From: Octopus sinensis | Taxonomy: Eukaryota | Direction of reading: 5' to 3' | DNA: 64,000 nucleotides | Assembly (NCBI RefSeq): GCF_006345805.1 | Contig: NC_042997.1 | Location: 30,256,001-30,320,000 of the forward strand | Shown here: in pieces, positions 62,754-64,000 of the stretch | Numbering within the stretch: the stretch's first letter is position 1 | How the letters are laid out: each line of letters begins with the position of its first letter | Program-made: the position numbers and the translations under genes | Notes under the pieces: model-generated | Database searches by the model: none | What the model was told of the DNA's origin: nothing | What the model saw: only the letters and a program-made list of their open reading frames with translations

Positions 62754-63000
62754 CCAAACAAAAAATGGTTTGCGTAAACGAATGGCCCTGCACAGATCCC
62801 AGATAAAAATTCCCCAAAACAGAAAAATAGCTTTTAGCCAACACATAGATACTTGCGCCAACAAAAAAACACCAAACTTCAGAATTTTCCCCCTCTACCA
62901 ATTTAGGGACGATACAACCTCGAGACAAAGAATAAGTAAAGAAAATCTCTTTATTACAAAATACAAGCCACTTCTTAACGGGTCTACGACAAACAATTAA
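62754..63000 (+). mobile_element. Penelope-like GIY-YIG endonuclease C-terminal fragment
   Basis: QTKNGLRKRMALHRSQI..FSQHIDTC..FRIFPLY..KENLFITKYKPLLN. Confidence 0.75.
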
Positions 63001-63109
63001 TATACCTCAACTTTAGAATAAAAGAAAAAAATATATATACACACACAAATACTACACTCCATAGAATCCATTACTAATCAGCCCCTTCATAGCTATATTT
63101 ACACCCATT

Positions 63110-63375
63110 CATATTCTCCCTTCTCTGTTTCTTTCTTCTTCTCCTTCTCCTTCTTCCTCTTCTTCTTCATCATCATCGTTATCATCATCATCGGCGTCAT
63201 CATCATCGCCACCATCATCACCACCATCTTCTCCTTCTCCTCCTTCCTCTTCTTCTTCTTCTTCATCATCATCGTTATCATCATCATAGTCGTCATAATC
63301 ATCATCACCATCATCTTCTCCTTCTCTTCTTCTTCTTCTTCTTCTTCTTCTTCTCTTCTTCTTCTTCTCTTCTCC
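63110..63375. repeat. Compound (CTT)n/(CAT)n tract with internal duplication
   Basis: Directly visible. Source of the poly-E/K/M pseudo-ORF. Confidence 0.9.
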
Positions 63376-63727
63376 ACCCCCTACCCCTTAAGTTTGTCAC
63401 TAATGTTTTTTAGTATAACACCTACGCTAATTCTATAAACAAGCCTGTCAATATAAATATTCTCCTGAATTGAACTGAGACTGCCAGCCGCCACTGACCA
63501 TTCAAAATACGACCATCAGGGCACTCCCAGATTCTCCCACCCCCCCTTTCCTCACCAGCCTTCCCTCTACTACCTTACCAAGAACTCACAACTACCTCGA
63601 ACACACAAGTGCAAACAAGGGAGTCAGAGAAAGGCAGAATGCCACTTAAATCTGAACACTACTATAGAAATATTCTTTTAAAAAAACTTTTCTTCTAATT
63701 TTTCTAAATTTAATTATTTAATCGTTA

Positions 63728-63765
63728 CAGTTGAAAAGGTCTCAAAATGACCGAAACCGGTACTG
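63728..63765 (+). ncRNA. Minimal hammerhead-like motif with two core transitions
   Basis: cag TTGAAAA ggtc tcaaaat gacc GAAAC cg GTA ctg. Confidence 0.55.
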
Positions 63766-63817
63766 AAATGTTCACTATAAAATTATTTTAGCATTTTCTA
63801 TTTTTTACTTGTTTTTT

Positions 63818-63844
<27 letters not shown>

Positions 63845-63849
<5 letters not shown>

Positions 63850-63926
63850 ATTATTAGAGACAAAACCACTATTTTGCAAAACAAACAAGGAAAGACTTAT
63901 AGTGGTTTTGTCTCTAATAATATTTT
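63845..63926. repeat. Perfect 28-bp inverted repeat with 26-nt spacer
   Basis: 63845-63872 pairs with 63899-63926. Confidence 0.9.
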
Positions 63927-64000
63927 AATATTTTACTATAAAATTGGATTTAATCCTAAATCTGATTTTTTCCCTGTAAATTTGGATTTATTCCCTAATA

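Overview
AT-rich, repeat-saturated animal genomic DNA with no prokaryotic features. The SINE families and the microsatellite load suggest a cephalopod, probably Octopus; this is inferred from repeat style, not from a search. Most ORFs in the track are translated microsatellites or transposon relics. The window holds: (i) three stacks of R4/Dong-clade non-LTR retrotransposons docked on (TAA)n tracts; (ii) four SINE families, one with 184-bp internal tandem amplification; (iii) Penelope-like relics with hammerhead-ribozyme-like motifs and fold-back palindromes; (iv) relics of RTE, CR1-like and L1-like LINEs, Tc1/mariner/pogo elements, a Helitron and an Academ-like transposon. Two host-gene candidates are missing from the ORF track because they need splicing: a phase-consistent 4-exon gene on + (2911-5578, 112 aa, vWA-like pattern) and a weaker GPCR-like TM7/C-tail pair of exons on - (62747-62356). 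All family assignments come from motif recognition by eye, and repeat boundaries are approximate unless a TSD or TIR is cited.
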